Assembly (NCBI GenBank): GCA_965262115.1
Contig: OZ253496.1
Span: 2,336,001-2,400,000 of the forward strand
DNA: 64,000 nt
From: Nitrospinales bacterium
GTDB taxonomy: Bacteria; Nitrospinota; Nitrospinia; Nitrospinales; VA-1
Direction of reading: 5' to 3'
This document shows positions 41,606-50,115 of the stretch, piece after piece. How positions within the stretch are numbered: the first letter of the stretch is position 1; each line of letters begins with the position of its first letter. A program made the translations under genes and the position numbers. Below the pieces are notes generated by a model. It was not told where the DNA came from. It searched no databases and was given only the letters and a program-made list of their open reading frames with translations.

Positions 41606-42475
41606 GTGCTGAAAAATAAAAAATTGGGATTCATCGGTGGCGGCAATATGGCTGAAGCCATGATTAAAGGGCTGCTTTCCGCTTCCTTTATCGAATCGAA
41701 AAACATTTTTGTCTCGGAACCGTCTGAGCAGAAACGCAATGCCTTGCACACGGAGTACAAAATCAAAGTCACTGCCGACAACCGTGAACTGGCGAAGAAA
41801 TCTGACATCCTCGTTCTCGCGGTCAAGACGCAGATATTGAAAGAGGTTCTCCGCGATATTAGTTCTCTGGTAGATCATGACAAGTTGGTAATATCCATTG
41901 CTGCGGGTGTTCCCATTTCCATTATAAATAGTGCCCTGCGTGGCAAGAGCAATAAAAAGTTCAGCGTGGTGCGCACCATGCCCAATACCCCGGCACTGGT
42001 TCAGGAAGGAGTGACAGCGATCGCTTCCGGCGAACATGTTACTAAAGCGGATGTGAAAATCGCCCACCGTATTTTTGAAGCGGTGGGTCGCACTGTCGAT
42101 GTCGAAGAAGACCACCTCGACGCCGTGACGGGTTTAAGCGGTAGCGGCCCGGCTTATATCTTCATGCTGATCGAAGCGCTTTCTGACTCGGGAGTCAAGA
42201 TGGGTCTTTCGCGCGAAGTGGCCAATACCCTGACTATCCAGACGGTGCTGGGTTCCGCCAAACTGGCGCGGGAGAGTGGCAAGCATCCTGGCGAACTTAA
42301 AGACATGGTTACTTCACCGGCCGGCACCACCATCGCCGGCCTGCACGCTCTGGAAGAGGGGGGTCTGCGCACCACCATGATGAACGCGGTGGAAGACGCC
42401 ACCCTGCGGTCGCGCGAATTGGGCAAAATCGCTATTAATAAAAATCAGTCAGCAGCAGAAGATAAAGAGCAATAA
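41606..42475 (+). CDS. proC: Pyrroline-5-carboxylate reductase
   Basis: GFIGGGNMA, RTMPNTP, SGSGPAY, VTSPAGTT. Confidence 0.97.
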   Translation: MLKNKKLGFIGGGNMAEAMIKGLLSASFIESKNIFVSEPSEQKRNALHTEYKIKVTADNRELAKKSDILVLAVKTQILKEVLRDISSLVDHDKLVISIAAGVPISIINSALRGKSNKKFSVVRTMPNTPALVQEGVTAIASGEHVTKADVKIAHRIFEAVGRTVDVEEDHLDAVTGLSGSGPAYIFMLIEALSDSGVKMGLSREVANTLTIQTVLGSAKLARESGKHPGELKDMVTSPAGTTIAGLHALEEGGLRTTMMNAVEDATLRSRELGKIAINKNQSAAEDKEQ

Positions 42476-42503
42476 TTTTACTTTCCACTTACAGGGAAAA
42501 CGT

Positions 42504-42898
42504 ATGAGTAAAAATACATCGTCGTATTGGAATGTTTTGAGCCCAGAAAACTCTGGTAAGTGGAAGCCAATTGAAGGTGCGGAGGGAATGCTGGAGCAAT
42601 TAACTTTGGCTATGGATGGTGTGACCGGTGACTATACGCGTTTAACTCGATTTAAAGCCGGGCGGATACAAAAAAATTTGGTGCCAAGTCGCATGATTAC
42701 CCTGAAGAGATCTATATAGTTTCTGGTCGTATTTATGATGAAGCTTTCGATATTTGGCTGGAAGCGGGTCATTTTGCAAGTCGTCCGCCAGGTGAAGTAC
42801 ATGGGCCATTTATTTGCGAAGAAGATTGTTTGGTTTTAGAAGTCTCGCATCCAAGCCAGTCGGTCAATGCCCACCCACCAGGCTCCTTGGGAGCATAA
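42504..42898 (+). CDS. Cupin (ChrR-like) protein, frameshifted at G run about 42660
   Basis: GDYTRLTRFKAG then, in a shifted frame, ADTKKFGAKSHDYPEEIYIVSG..ASRPPGEVHGPF. Confidence 0.8.
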
Positions 42899-42900
42899 AT

Positions 42901-43191
42901 CGTCATTGCGAGGAGGCAATGCTGACGAAGCAATCCAGAATGGAATGAAGCGACCCGCAATTTATATTATGACGAACAAACGGAATGGAACTCTTTATAC
43001 AGGCGTGACCAGCAACTTGGTTAAGCGCGTTTATGAGCATAAGAATGGGGTTGTGCCGGGTTTTCAAAAAAATATGTCTGAATATTATTGCGAGGAGACG
43101 AAGGAGTCCAGAATACCCTTGCAGGGCATGAAGGCTAATGAAGGAATATCACAAACCTGGATCGCCGCGCCGCTTCGCGGCTCGCGATGAC
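42901..43191 (+). pseudogene. Truncated GIY-YIG nuclease flanked by CGTCATTGCGAG…CTCGCGATGACG repeats
   Basis: MKRPAIYIMTNKRNGTLYTGVTSNLVKRVYEHK from 42945 breaks off at about 43075; inverted CGTC-type termini at 42901 and 43191. Confidence 0.8.
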
Positions 43192-43296
43192 GTAGAGGGG
43201 GTATTTTGGGCGATCGCGGTGCGTGTTATATTCCCGCCTCAGCCTTCACGCCCTGGAGTGGTATCACCGCCGCATTGCCACCGGCGGCCACGCGGG

Positions 43297-43530
43297 CTAT
43301 TTGCAGCGGAATTTTTTGTATTCGCCGTAACCGACGATGGCGAAACCGAGGAACAGAATCCAGGTGGGATGCAGCACATGTTCCGGTTTATTGAAGAAGA
43401 GAATCAGCATCAGCGCCACGCCTGCCATGCAGACGGTCAAGCCGAGGAAGACAGCGTTCAATCCTTTTTCAAACCCATCCGGGTCTTTAAGTTGTTTCCT
43501 TACTTCCGGCCGCAGTTCATATTTAAACAT
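43297..43530 (-). CDS. Small two-TM hypothetical protein
   Basis: 77 aa with two hydrophobic helices. Confidence 0.65.
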   Translation of the reverse strand: MFKYELRPEVRKQLKDPDGFEKGLNAVFLGLTVCMAGVALMLILFFNKPEHVLHPTWILFLGFAIVGYGEYKKFRCK

Positions 43531-43556
43531 GGTCTTTGTTTTTCAATAAGGCTGAA

Positions 43557-43653
43557 ATGAACGACCCCGTTGCAAGCGGACGGAGTATCCTAATAAAACG
43601 TTATTTAAAAAGACGTGGCAAGCCACGGGGAATAAAACCCACTGGTGGGTTCA
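43557..43653. repeat. Short MITE-like element with two GCAA-loop subterminal hairpins (IS200/IS605-like ends)
   Basis: GAACGACCCCGTTGCAAGCGGACGGAGTATC … CGTGGCAAGCCACGGGGAATAAAACCC. Confidence 0.55.
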
Positions 43654-44443
43654 GGCTTCCCATCCGATACCCTTCTGGATCCAGCACTACACTGCTGAAT
43701 CCCAAAGCCTTTAATTTTTCCTGAACAGATTTCTGCATGGATTCATCATTCTGGTAGAGCGGCATTTCATCTTTGCCCAGTTCAATGTGGGCCTGGGTTT
43801 CAATGTGTCGGACACGCACCTGCTTGAACCCTAAAGAGAGCAGGAGGTCTTCGGCCTGTTCGACCCGGAAAAGTTTTTCAACTGTGACTGGCTGGCCGTA
43901 GGGAATTCGGGACGACAAGCAGGCCATTGCCGGTTTGTTCCAGATGGAAAGCTCCATCATGCGGGACAAATCCCGAACATCCTGCTTGTTGAATCCCGCT
44001 TCCACCAAGGGACTGCGCACGCCCTGCTCACGAGAGGAATCGAGTCCGGGCCGGTAATCACCGAGATCATCAGTGTTGATGCCATTTAAAATATGAGCGA
44101 TGTTTTCCTGCTCGGCGACTTTTTTCAGACTGGAATAAAGTTCCGTTTTGCAGTGGTAGCAACGGTTGGCCGGGTTGGCCCGGTATTCCGGATTGGACAT
44201 TTCCTCTGTTTTGATGACCCGATGCCTTGCCCCGATTTCCTCGGCCAACTGGCGGGAGGCCTGCAATTCCCGGTTTGGCACGCTGGCCGATTGCGCGGTC
44301 ACGGCCAATGCTTTTTCGCCTAGAACCCCATGGGCAAGGGCAAGAACCAGTGTGCTGTCCACCCCGCCGGAAAAGGCGACCAGTGCGCTATCCATTTCCC
44401 GGATTAGAAATTTTATTTTTTCTGTTTTTTGTTTCAGTGTCAT
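43601..44443 (-). CDS. larE: LarE-like ATP-dependent sulfur transferase (PP-loop)
   Basis: AFSGGVDS, RCYHCK, DDLGDYRPG, ACLSSRIPYG, VRVRH, GYRMGSLN. Confidence 0.92.
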   Translation of the reverse strand: MTLKQKTEKIKFLIREMDSALVAFSGGVDSTLVLALAHGVLGEKALAVTAQSASVPNRELQASRQLAEEIGARHRVIKTEEMSNPEYRANPANRCYHCKTELYSSLKKVAEQENIAHILNGINTDDLGDYRPGLDSSREQGVRSPLVEAGFNKQDVRDLSRMMELSIWNKPAMACLSSRIPYGQPVTVEKLFRVEQAEDLLLSLGFKQVRVRHIETQAHIELGKDEMPLYQNDESMQKSVQEKLKALGFSSVVLDPEGYRMGSLNPPVGFIPRGLPRLFK

Positions 44444-44493
44444 GAGGAGATTTTAATATTGATTTTAGCTAAGAATAACACAAAGAATAGGGC

Positions 44494-44592
44494 AAAAAAA
44501 TCCGGGAACAGAGAGTGTGGTCTGTTCCCGGACATCCGAGGAGGAGGTGTTCTTTGAGGGGTAACGAGCGCTACTCTCTTTACCCCTCATAT
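44494..44592 (-). ncRNA. Candidate small RNA: hairpin, CACCUCCUCCUC linker, terminator
   Basis: Stems TGAGGGGTAA/TTACCCCTCA (44555-44589) and 12-bp TCCGGGAACAGA/TCTGTTCCCGGA plus U7 tail on the minus strand. Confidence 0.5.
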
Positions 44593-44811
44593 TAAACAGT
44601 GTAACGGAAGATTCCGGGAGAACCCCAGCTTTTCCAAGTTAAGTTTTACCTTAAATTGAGTTTCTGGTTCAGGTGGGGGTACCCAGGAAATCGGATCCTT
44701 GAAGTCTAGTAAAAACAAAGAGATTGGGTTCGAGATTTCATCCCTGCTACGCAAACCCTACAGGGTTTGGCTCACCTTAAGATTAGGGCTCAAATTCTCC
44801 CAGAGTGGGTT

Positions 44812-46587
44812 TCAGGATAAATCGGCTTTGAGCCTCAATTCCCGCAGTTGTTTCGGGTCCACTTCCGAGGGGGCCTCGGTCATCAGGCAGGTGGCTTTCT
44901 GGGTTTTGGGAAAGGCGATCACGTCCCGGATTGATGCGGCACCTGAAAGTAACATAACGATTCGGTCCAGTCCCATGGCGATGCCGCAATGCGGCGGAGC
45001 TCCATACTGCAACGCGTCCAGCAGGAATCCGAATTTAGCCTCAGCTTCTTCTTGACCGATGCCGAGGAGTTTGAACATTTTCTCCTGCACTTCTTTTTGA
45101 TGGATACGGATACTGCCGCCACCAATTTCGTTGCCATTCAGCACCAGATCATAAGCCCGCGCTTGAATGGAACCGGGATCACTCTCGAATTTCCCCAAAT
45201 CTTCTTCACGCGGAGCGGTGAAGGGGTGATGCATGGCGGTATATCTTTTTTCCGTATCATCATATTCCACCAGGGGAAACTCGGTGACCCATGTGAAGGC
45301 ATTTTCCGATTCATCGATCAGGTTCAACTGCTTGCCTAAAGCCAGCCGTAGGTGCGCAAGGGCATCGGCCACAATTTTGGGAGAGTCGGCGATGAAAACA
45401 ACTGTGTCGCCGGGTTTGCTGTCCAAGGCTTTCAGCATTTTGTCGAGCATTTCCTGCTCAAAGAATTTGATGATGGGCGACTGCAATTCGTTTTCCTGAA
45501 CCTTTATCCAGGCCATGCCTTTAGCGCCATAAGTTTTGGCAATTTCTGTTAAATCATCCAGCGCTTTGCGGGACAAAGACTCGGCGCTGTTTTTAACATT
45601 GAGGGCGCGAACCTGTCCGCCCGATTCCAGCACCTGGGCAAACACTTTAAACGAGGTGCCCCGGACAATTTCTCCCAGGTCCACGATTTCCATGCCGAAT
45701 CGCGTATCTGGTTTATCGGTTCCGAACCGGTCGATGGCATCCTGATATTTCAGAATGGGGAAGGGTGTTTCGATTTTTATGCCGAGGACTTCCTGATAAA
45801 TTGCCGCCATCATTTCTTCAGTTATCTGAAACAATAATTTTTCATTGCCGAATGACATTTCGATATCGATCTGGGTGAATTCCGGTTGCCGGTCCTGACG
45901 CAAATCTTCATCGCGAAAGCATTTAACGATCTGGTAGTACCGGTCCATGCCCGAGACCATGAGAATCTGTTTGAACAATTGCGGCGACTGGGGCAGGGCA
46001 TAAAACTTTTGCGGATTGAATCGGCTGGGTACCAGATAATCCCGAGCTCCTTCCGGGGTGCTCTTGGTCAGCATGGGGGTTTCCACCTCCATGAATCCAT
46101 GCCGGTGCAGTTCGTTTCTCGCCACCCGGGTGGTGTCATAGCGAATTTTCAGGTTGCGTTGCAGTTCCGGCCCGCGCAGATCAAGAAATCGGTATTTCAG
46201 GCGCAGAACTTCTGAGGTGTCCTGTGGTTCCCAGGGTGAGATGGGCGGAGTTTCCGATGGATTGAGAATGCTCAACTCATCGACATAAACCTCAATAATG
46301 CCGGTTTTCAGTTTTGGGTTCACCATATCATCCGGTCGGGCGCGAACCTTGCCAACAACGCCGATGACAAAATTGCCACGAATGGATTGCGCGTGCTCGT
46401 GCGCCAGTTGGTCGATTTGTGGATTCAGGACCACCTGGGTCATGCCGTATTTGTCCCACAGGTCGACGAAAATGAGTCCCCCGTGATCGCGCCGGGTATG
46501 CACCCATCCGCACAGAGCCACTGTTTCGCCGATATGCTCATCCGACAATGTCCCGCAATCATGCGTTCTTTGCAGTTCGTTGCTCAT
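44812..46587 (-). CDS. aspS: Aspartate--tRNA ligase (likely non-discriminating Asp/Asn)
   Basis: RTHDCG, RRDHGG, EGARDYLVP, LPQSPQLFKQ, FRDEDLR, APPHCGIA. Confidence 0.98.
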   Translation of the reverse strand: MSNELQRTHDCGTLSDEHIGETVALCGWVHTRRDHGGLIFVDLWDKYGMTQVVLNPQIDQLAHEHAQSIRGNFVIGVVGKVRARPDDMVNPKLKTGIIEVYVDELSILNPSETPPISPWEPQDTSEVLRLKYRFLDLRGPELQRNLKIRYDTTRVARNELHRHGFMEVETPMLTKSTPEGARDYLVPSRFNPQKFYALPQSPQLFKQILMVSGMDRYYQIVKCFRDEDLRQDRQPEFTQIDIEMSFGNEKLLFQITEEMMAAIYQEVLGIKIETPFPILKYQDAIDRFGTDKPDTRFGMEIVDLGEIVRGTSFKVFAQVLESGGQVRALNVKNSAESLSRKALDDLTEIAKTYGAKGMAWIKVQENELQSPIIKFFEQEMLDKMLKALDSKPGDTVVFIADSPKIVADALAHLRLALGKQLNLIDESENAFTWVTEFPLVEYDDTEKRYTAMHHPFTAPREEDLGKFESDPGSIQARAYDLVLNGNEIGGGSIRIHQKEVQEKMFKLLGIGQEEAEAKFGFLLDALQYGAPPHCGIAMGLDRIVMLLSGAASIRDVIAFPKTQKATCLMTEAPSEVDPKQLRELRLKADLS

Positions 46588-46659
46588 TTGATTATTTGTA
46601 AGGGGTGATAAGGGGCCAAAGTTCAACAAGGTACTGAAAAGAAGGCAGACTTGCAAGCG

Positions 46660-47972
46660 TTAATCTGGCGGGGAAGAAGGTTGCTGTTCTTCCGAGGTTT
46701 CCTCGTTCTCCTGACTGATGAGAGATTCTTCCTGCTCTGCCTGTGCGGCCGCCTTTTGTTCAGCTTCGATTTTGGCCAGTTCCTGTTCCTGGCGTTTTTT
46801 GTAAAGCTGATATTCGACCACCATCTGCGGCTTGATTTTGATCGCCAGGGGAATATTGACGGTGCTGCACGAGCGCATGCAGACTCCGCACCCGGTGCAG
46901 ATATTTTTGTCGATAACCGGCTTGTCGTTGACCTGAAAAATCGCTCCGGGAACCGGGCAATCGATCACGCATTGCTGGCAGAACGTATCGCCATAGGCCT
47001 GGCATTTTTTCTTGTCCAAAATGGCGTAGCCCATATTCACATCCGTCAGCTCCTGGACCGGGAGCAAGGCTTTATCCGGGCAGGCTGAGATGCAGGGCAG
47101 GTCGGTGCACATCACACACGGATTGCGCATGGGGTCGATATAAGGTGTGTTGAAAACGAGGAACCCCATTTTCTTGGGCGCGCGCAAGATGGCATCCTTG
47201 GGACAGGCGTGGATGCATTCGTCGCAACGGGAACAGGCTTGCAAAAACTGTTTTTCAGAAATCGCGCCCGGCGGTCGCAACAGAGGAACCCGCTTGGTGA
47301 TCTTGTCCACCGCTTTGTTGACACTGTCAATTTTGCTTTGAACTTTTTCTACGGTGGGCTTGGCGAAAAAGTGGACGCCCTGACGCAATATATTGCGGCG
47401 GTCGTATTCCTTATCCTCAACCTCTTCGAGTTGGAAGATATTATGGCCCACCTCAGCTTCGGTGGATGCTTCTACAGGTTCGACCTCTGGTTCCGAGTCG
47501 GGCTCAAGCTCTCCTCGAAGCAAACGCTTCTCTTCGGGACTTTCTTTAAACCGGGATATCAGGCGCTTAAAGAACCCTTTTTTCGGGGCAGGTTCGGCCT
47601 CATCTATTTCTTCGGCACCTTCCACTTGTTCGACATTTTCGACTCCCTCGGCCTCTTCAACGAGTTCGGGTTCAGCAGGAGTCTCATCCTCTATGGGTGT
47701 TGGGGATTTCGTTTTGGCTTCCTCTTCCACTGCAGTGCCGAAATCCAGGAAGTTGCCGAACGAAAATATGTCCCGACGCGACATTTCCCGGGGTTCTTCT
47801 TTGACCGGTTGAGGGGTGATGGTGTCTTTATCCAGACTCATGGGGTTCGGTTCAATCTGGGCGCTGGAGTGGTTTCCGCGCTGGTCCTCGTCGATAAGAT
47901 CTTCAACGCCCCGTTCGGTGTTTTTCTTTTTCCCTTTAAAGGTTTCTTTTGCGAGATGATGTCTAAACTTCA
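46660..47972 (-). CDS. NapG/MauM/NapF-type multi-4Fe-4S ferredoxin with long acidic N-terminus
   Basis: LRPPGA, CSRCDECIHACP, CVMC..PCISACP, CQQCVIDCP, CTGCGVCMRSC; start uncertain. Confidence 0.85.
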
Positions 47973-48104
47973 TGGTTGTTTCCGGCGAGCCGCCGGGGGC
48001 AATTTGCAATGATTCGTTGAGCCGAGAATACGGTTGCTAGCAGTGATTAAGTTATTGCCAGTTGTACCCCTTCTACCCCTTCTACCCCTTTGTATGTTGT
48101 TCAT

Positions 48105-48312
48105 AAGGGGAATTTGTAGTAGTTGTACCTGTGAGCCCTGTGGGAAGCCGGTTTTGTGTTTTCCACAAGGCTCACAGGGTTTGATTCAGGGCACAATAGA
48201 TCGTTTACCCCTTGGGCTTTTAAGCCCGTCCCGAAGCGCAGATCGTTGTGTCCTATTTTGATTAACCCGAACAGTTGCCTGGGCCACTGAGCCCGCATCG
48301 GCAAGGCTGGGA
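48105..48312 (+). ncRNA. Bridge RNA (5' hairpin, target-binding loop, donor-binding loop); ends approximate
   Basis: Hairpin 48128-48178; target loop 48188-48254 with guides TTTACCCCT and CCCGAAG; donor loop about 48266-48311 with ACAGTTGC and GCAAGG. Confidence 0.85.
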
Positions 48313-48321
48313 GACCAAATT

Positions 48322-49272
48322 ATGAATCAGAAACCCCATTTTATTGGCATCGATATTTCTAAACTCCATCTGGATGTTGCTGACAGCATGACTCAAGAAA
48401 CCTGGCAAACCGCTAACAATGAAGAAGGGATTGCTGGTTTGGTCGAGAGTTTATCCGCCTTAAATCCTCCATTGATCGTTTTGGAAGCCACAGGCGGCTT
48501 AGAGATCCCGTTGGCTTCGGCCCTGGTTGCGGGTCGACTGCCAGTAGCCGTGGTCAACCCACGGCAAGTTCGTGATTTTGCCAAAGCCACCGGGAAACTG
48601 GCAAAAACCGATGTCATTGATTCTCTTGTGCTGGCCCATTTTGCCAAGGCCATACGTCCTGAGGTCAGGAAAATCAAAGACGAAGAATCTCTTGAACTCT
48701 CAGCTCTAGTGACACGCCGTCGCCAGTTGATCGAGATGCTGACCAAAGAAAAAACCCGTCTAAAACAAGCTCCAAAATGGATATGTAAAGACATTAAGGA
48801 GCATATCGAATCTCTTAAAAAACGCTTGCGAAAAATCGATGGCGACCTTTCCAGAACCATCAAAAACAGTTCTGCCTGGCGTGAGCACGACCAGATCATA
48901 CAAAGTGTTCCCGGTGCCGGTCCCGTTCTGGCTGTCAACCTCTTGGCCGGGGTTCCGGAACTTGGAGTTCTTAATCAGAAGCAAATCGCCGCCCTCATCG
49001 GTCTCGCTCCCCTCAATCGGGACAGCGGAAAGTTCCGGGGCCGCCGGTGTATCTGGGGCGGCCGCGCCAATGTGCGTGCCGCTTTATACATGGCCGCCGT
49101 CACTGCCATGCAGCATAATCCCGTGATTCGTACCTTTTACACACGCCTCATCGAAAAGGGCAAACCCTTTAAAGTTGCCATTACCGCATGCATGAGAAAG
49201 TTATTAACGATCATCAATACCATGATCAAAACAAAAACACTCTGGAATGAAAATCTCATTGCCAGCACTTGA
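48322..49272 (+). CDS. IS110-family DEDD recombinase/transposase
   Basis: GIDISK (D), LEATGG (E), KTDVIDS (DxxD), SVPGAG, GLAPLNRDSGKF (catalytic Ser), RAALYMAA. Confidence 0.97.
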   Translation: MNQKPHFIGIDISKLHLDVADSMTQETWQTANNEEGIAGLVESLSALNPPLIVLEATGGLEIPLASALVAGRLPVAVVNPRQVRDFAKATGKLAKTDVIDSLVLAHFAKAIRPEVRKIKDEESLELSALVTRRRQLIEMLTKEKTRLKQAPKWICKDIKEHIESLKKRLRKIDGDLSRTIKNSSAWREHDQIIQSVPGAGPVLAVNLLAGVPELGVLNQKQIAALIGLAPLNRDSGKFRGRRCIWGGRANVRAALYMAAVTAMQHNPVIRTFYTRLIEKGKPFKVAITACMRKLLTIINTMIKTKTLWNENLIAST

Positions 49273-49287
49273 CATTTAACACAGTTG

Positions 49288-49358
49288 CTTCGGGGCATGA
49301 AAGCCAATGAAGAGGGCATAACAGGGGCATGAAACTTTTGGAAGAGGATATCACAGCC
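49288..49358 (-). repeat. Two tandem REP-like repeat copies; the first is interrupted by the IS110
   Basis: CTTCGGGGCATGAAAGCCAATGAAGAGGGCATAACA followed by GGGGCATGAAACTTTTGGAAGAGGATATCACAGCC. Confidence 0.85.
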
Positions 49359-49417
49359 CCTTGCCTTCGGCAGTCGCGTTAGCGTTACTGCCGCGCTGCC
49401 ACTGGCGGCCTCGCCGA

Positions 49418-49912
49418 TTAGAGCCAACCGTTTTCTGTGGCGATATTGTTATAGTCGTGCCAGTTTTGCGCGTCTGCGTTTTCGAGCATATATTCATCCA
49501 TAGCCAGTACTAATGGATGGCCCTTGTTGACAAAGGATTGCACCGTCGGAAACCGCAAAACAAAAGTGGTGACTGCGGCTTTACCCAAAGTCATGATATT
49601 CGGATCTTTTGCTATAGCCTTGAGGACTTCTTCAGCATTTTCGGGAGTGATCGACTGGAACAATTCCGCTGTTTTTTCTTCCAGTTCAGGATGATCATCG
49701 CAAGCGACGGCGGCGAGCATCTGCAACTCAAGAATCTTTTGATAGTCGGCTTCGTCGTATTCCCCTTCCATACGACCTTCTTCCCAGGCCGATCCCTCCA
49801 AATTACGTTCCCCCGGGCTGTCTCTACGTTCAGACGTTTCTGAAAATGCCAGATTTGCTTCATCCAGCAGGATTTTGGCTTTAACTTCCGCGCTGGTTTC
49901 TGTGTTGGACAT
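49418..49912 (-). CDS. Acidic hypothetical protein
   Basis: 164-aa ORF with protein-like composition; GGAG upstream. Confidence 0.75.
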   Translation of the reverse strand: MSNTETSAEVKAKILLDEANLAFSETSERRDSPGERNLEGSAWEEGRMEGEYDEADYQKILELQMLAAVACDDHPELEEKTAELFQSITPENAEEVLKAIAKDPNIMTLGKAAVTTFVLRFPTVQSFVNKGHPLVLAMDEYMLENADAQNWHDYNNIATENGWL

Positions 49913-50115
49913 GACTTGTTTCGTGCTCCATTTTAACTATGGGTTGATACCGGGGGTCACTGCCGAGTCTGGCTCCCCTGGGTATTTTAGGAAACTTTCC
50001 CGATTTTCGCCCGATTTTGATTAAAGGTATAGATGGCAATATGTTAGCATTAACCCGATAGATTCCAAAAAATTAAAAGCGATTCACCGAAAGAACTGCG
50101 TTTAAAGGAACCTGT

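Larger units (their letters stand above)
48088..49289 (+). mobile_element. IS110-family (IS621-like) insertion sequence, bounded by CT cores
   Basis: Left junction TACCC[CT]TTGTATG, right junction ACAGTTG[CT]TCGGGG; removing it restores the repeat TACCCCTTCGGGGCATGAA. Confidence 0.92.

Noticed and set aside
44735..44790. Possible c-di-GMP-I riboswitch (ACGCAAACCCTACAGGG)
   Set aside because: Lacks the upstream GCAAA/GNRA P2 stem and is not upstream of a gene in that orientation
48034..48304. Short ORFs (75 and 67 aa) upstream of the recombinase
   Set aside because: The region is better explained as the IS110 non-coding end and bridge RNA
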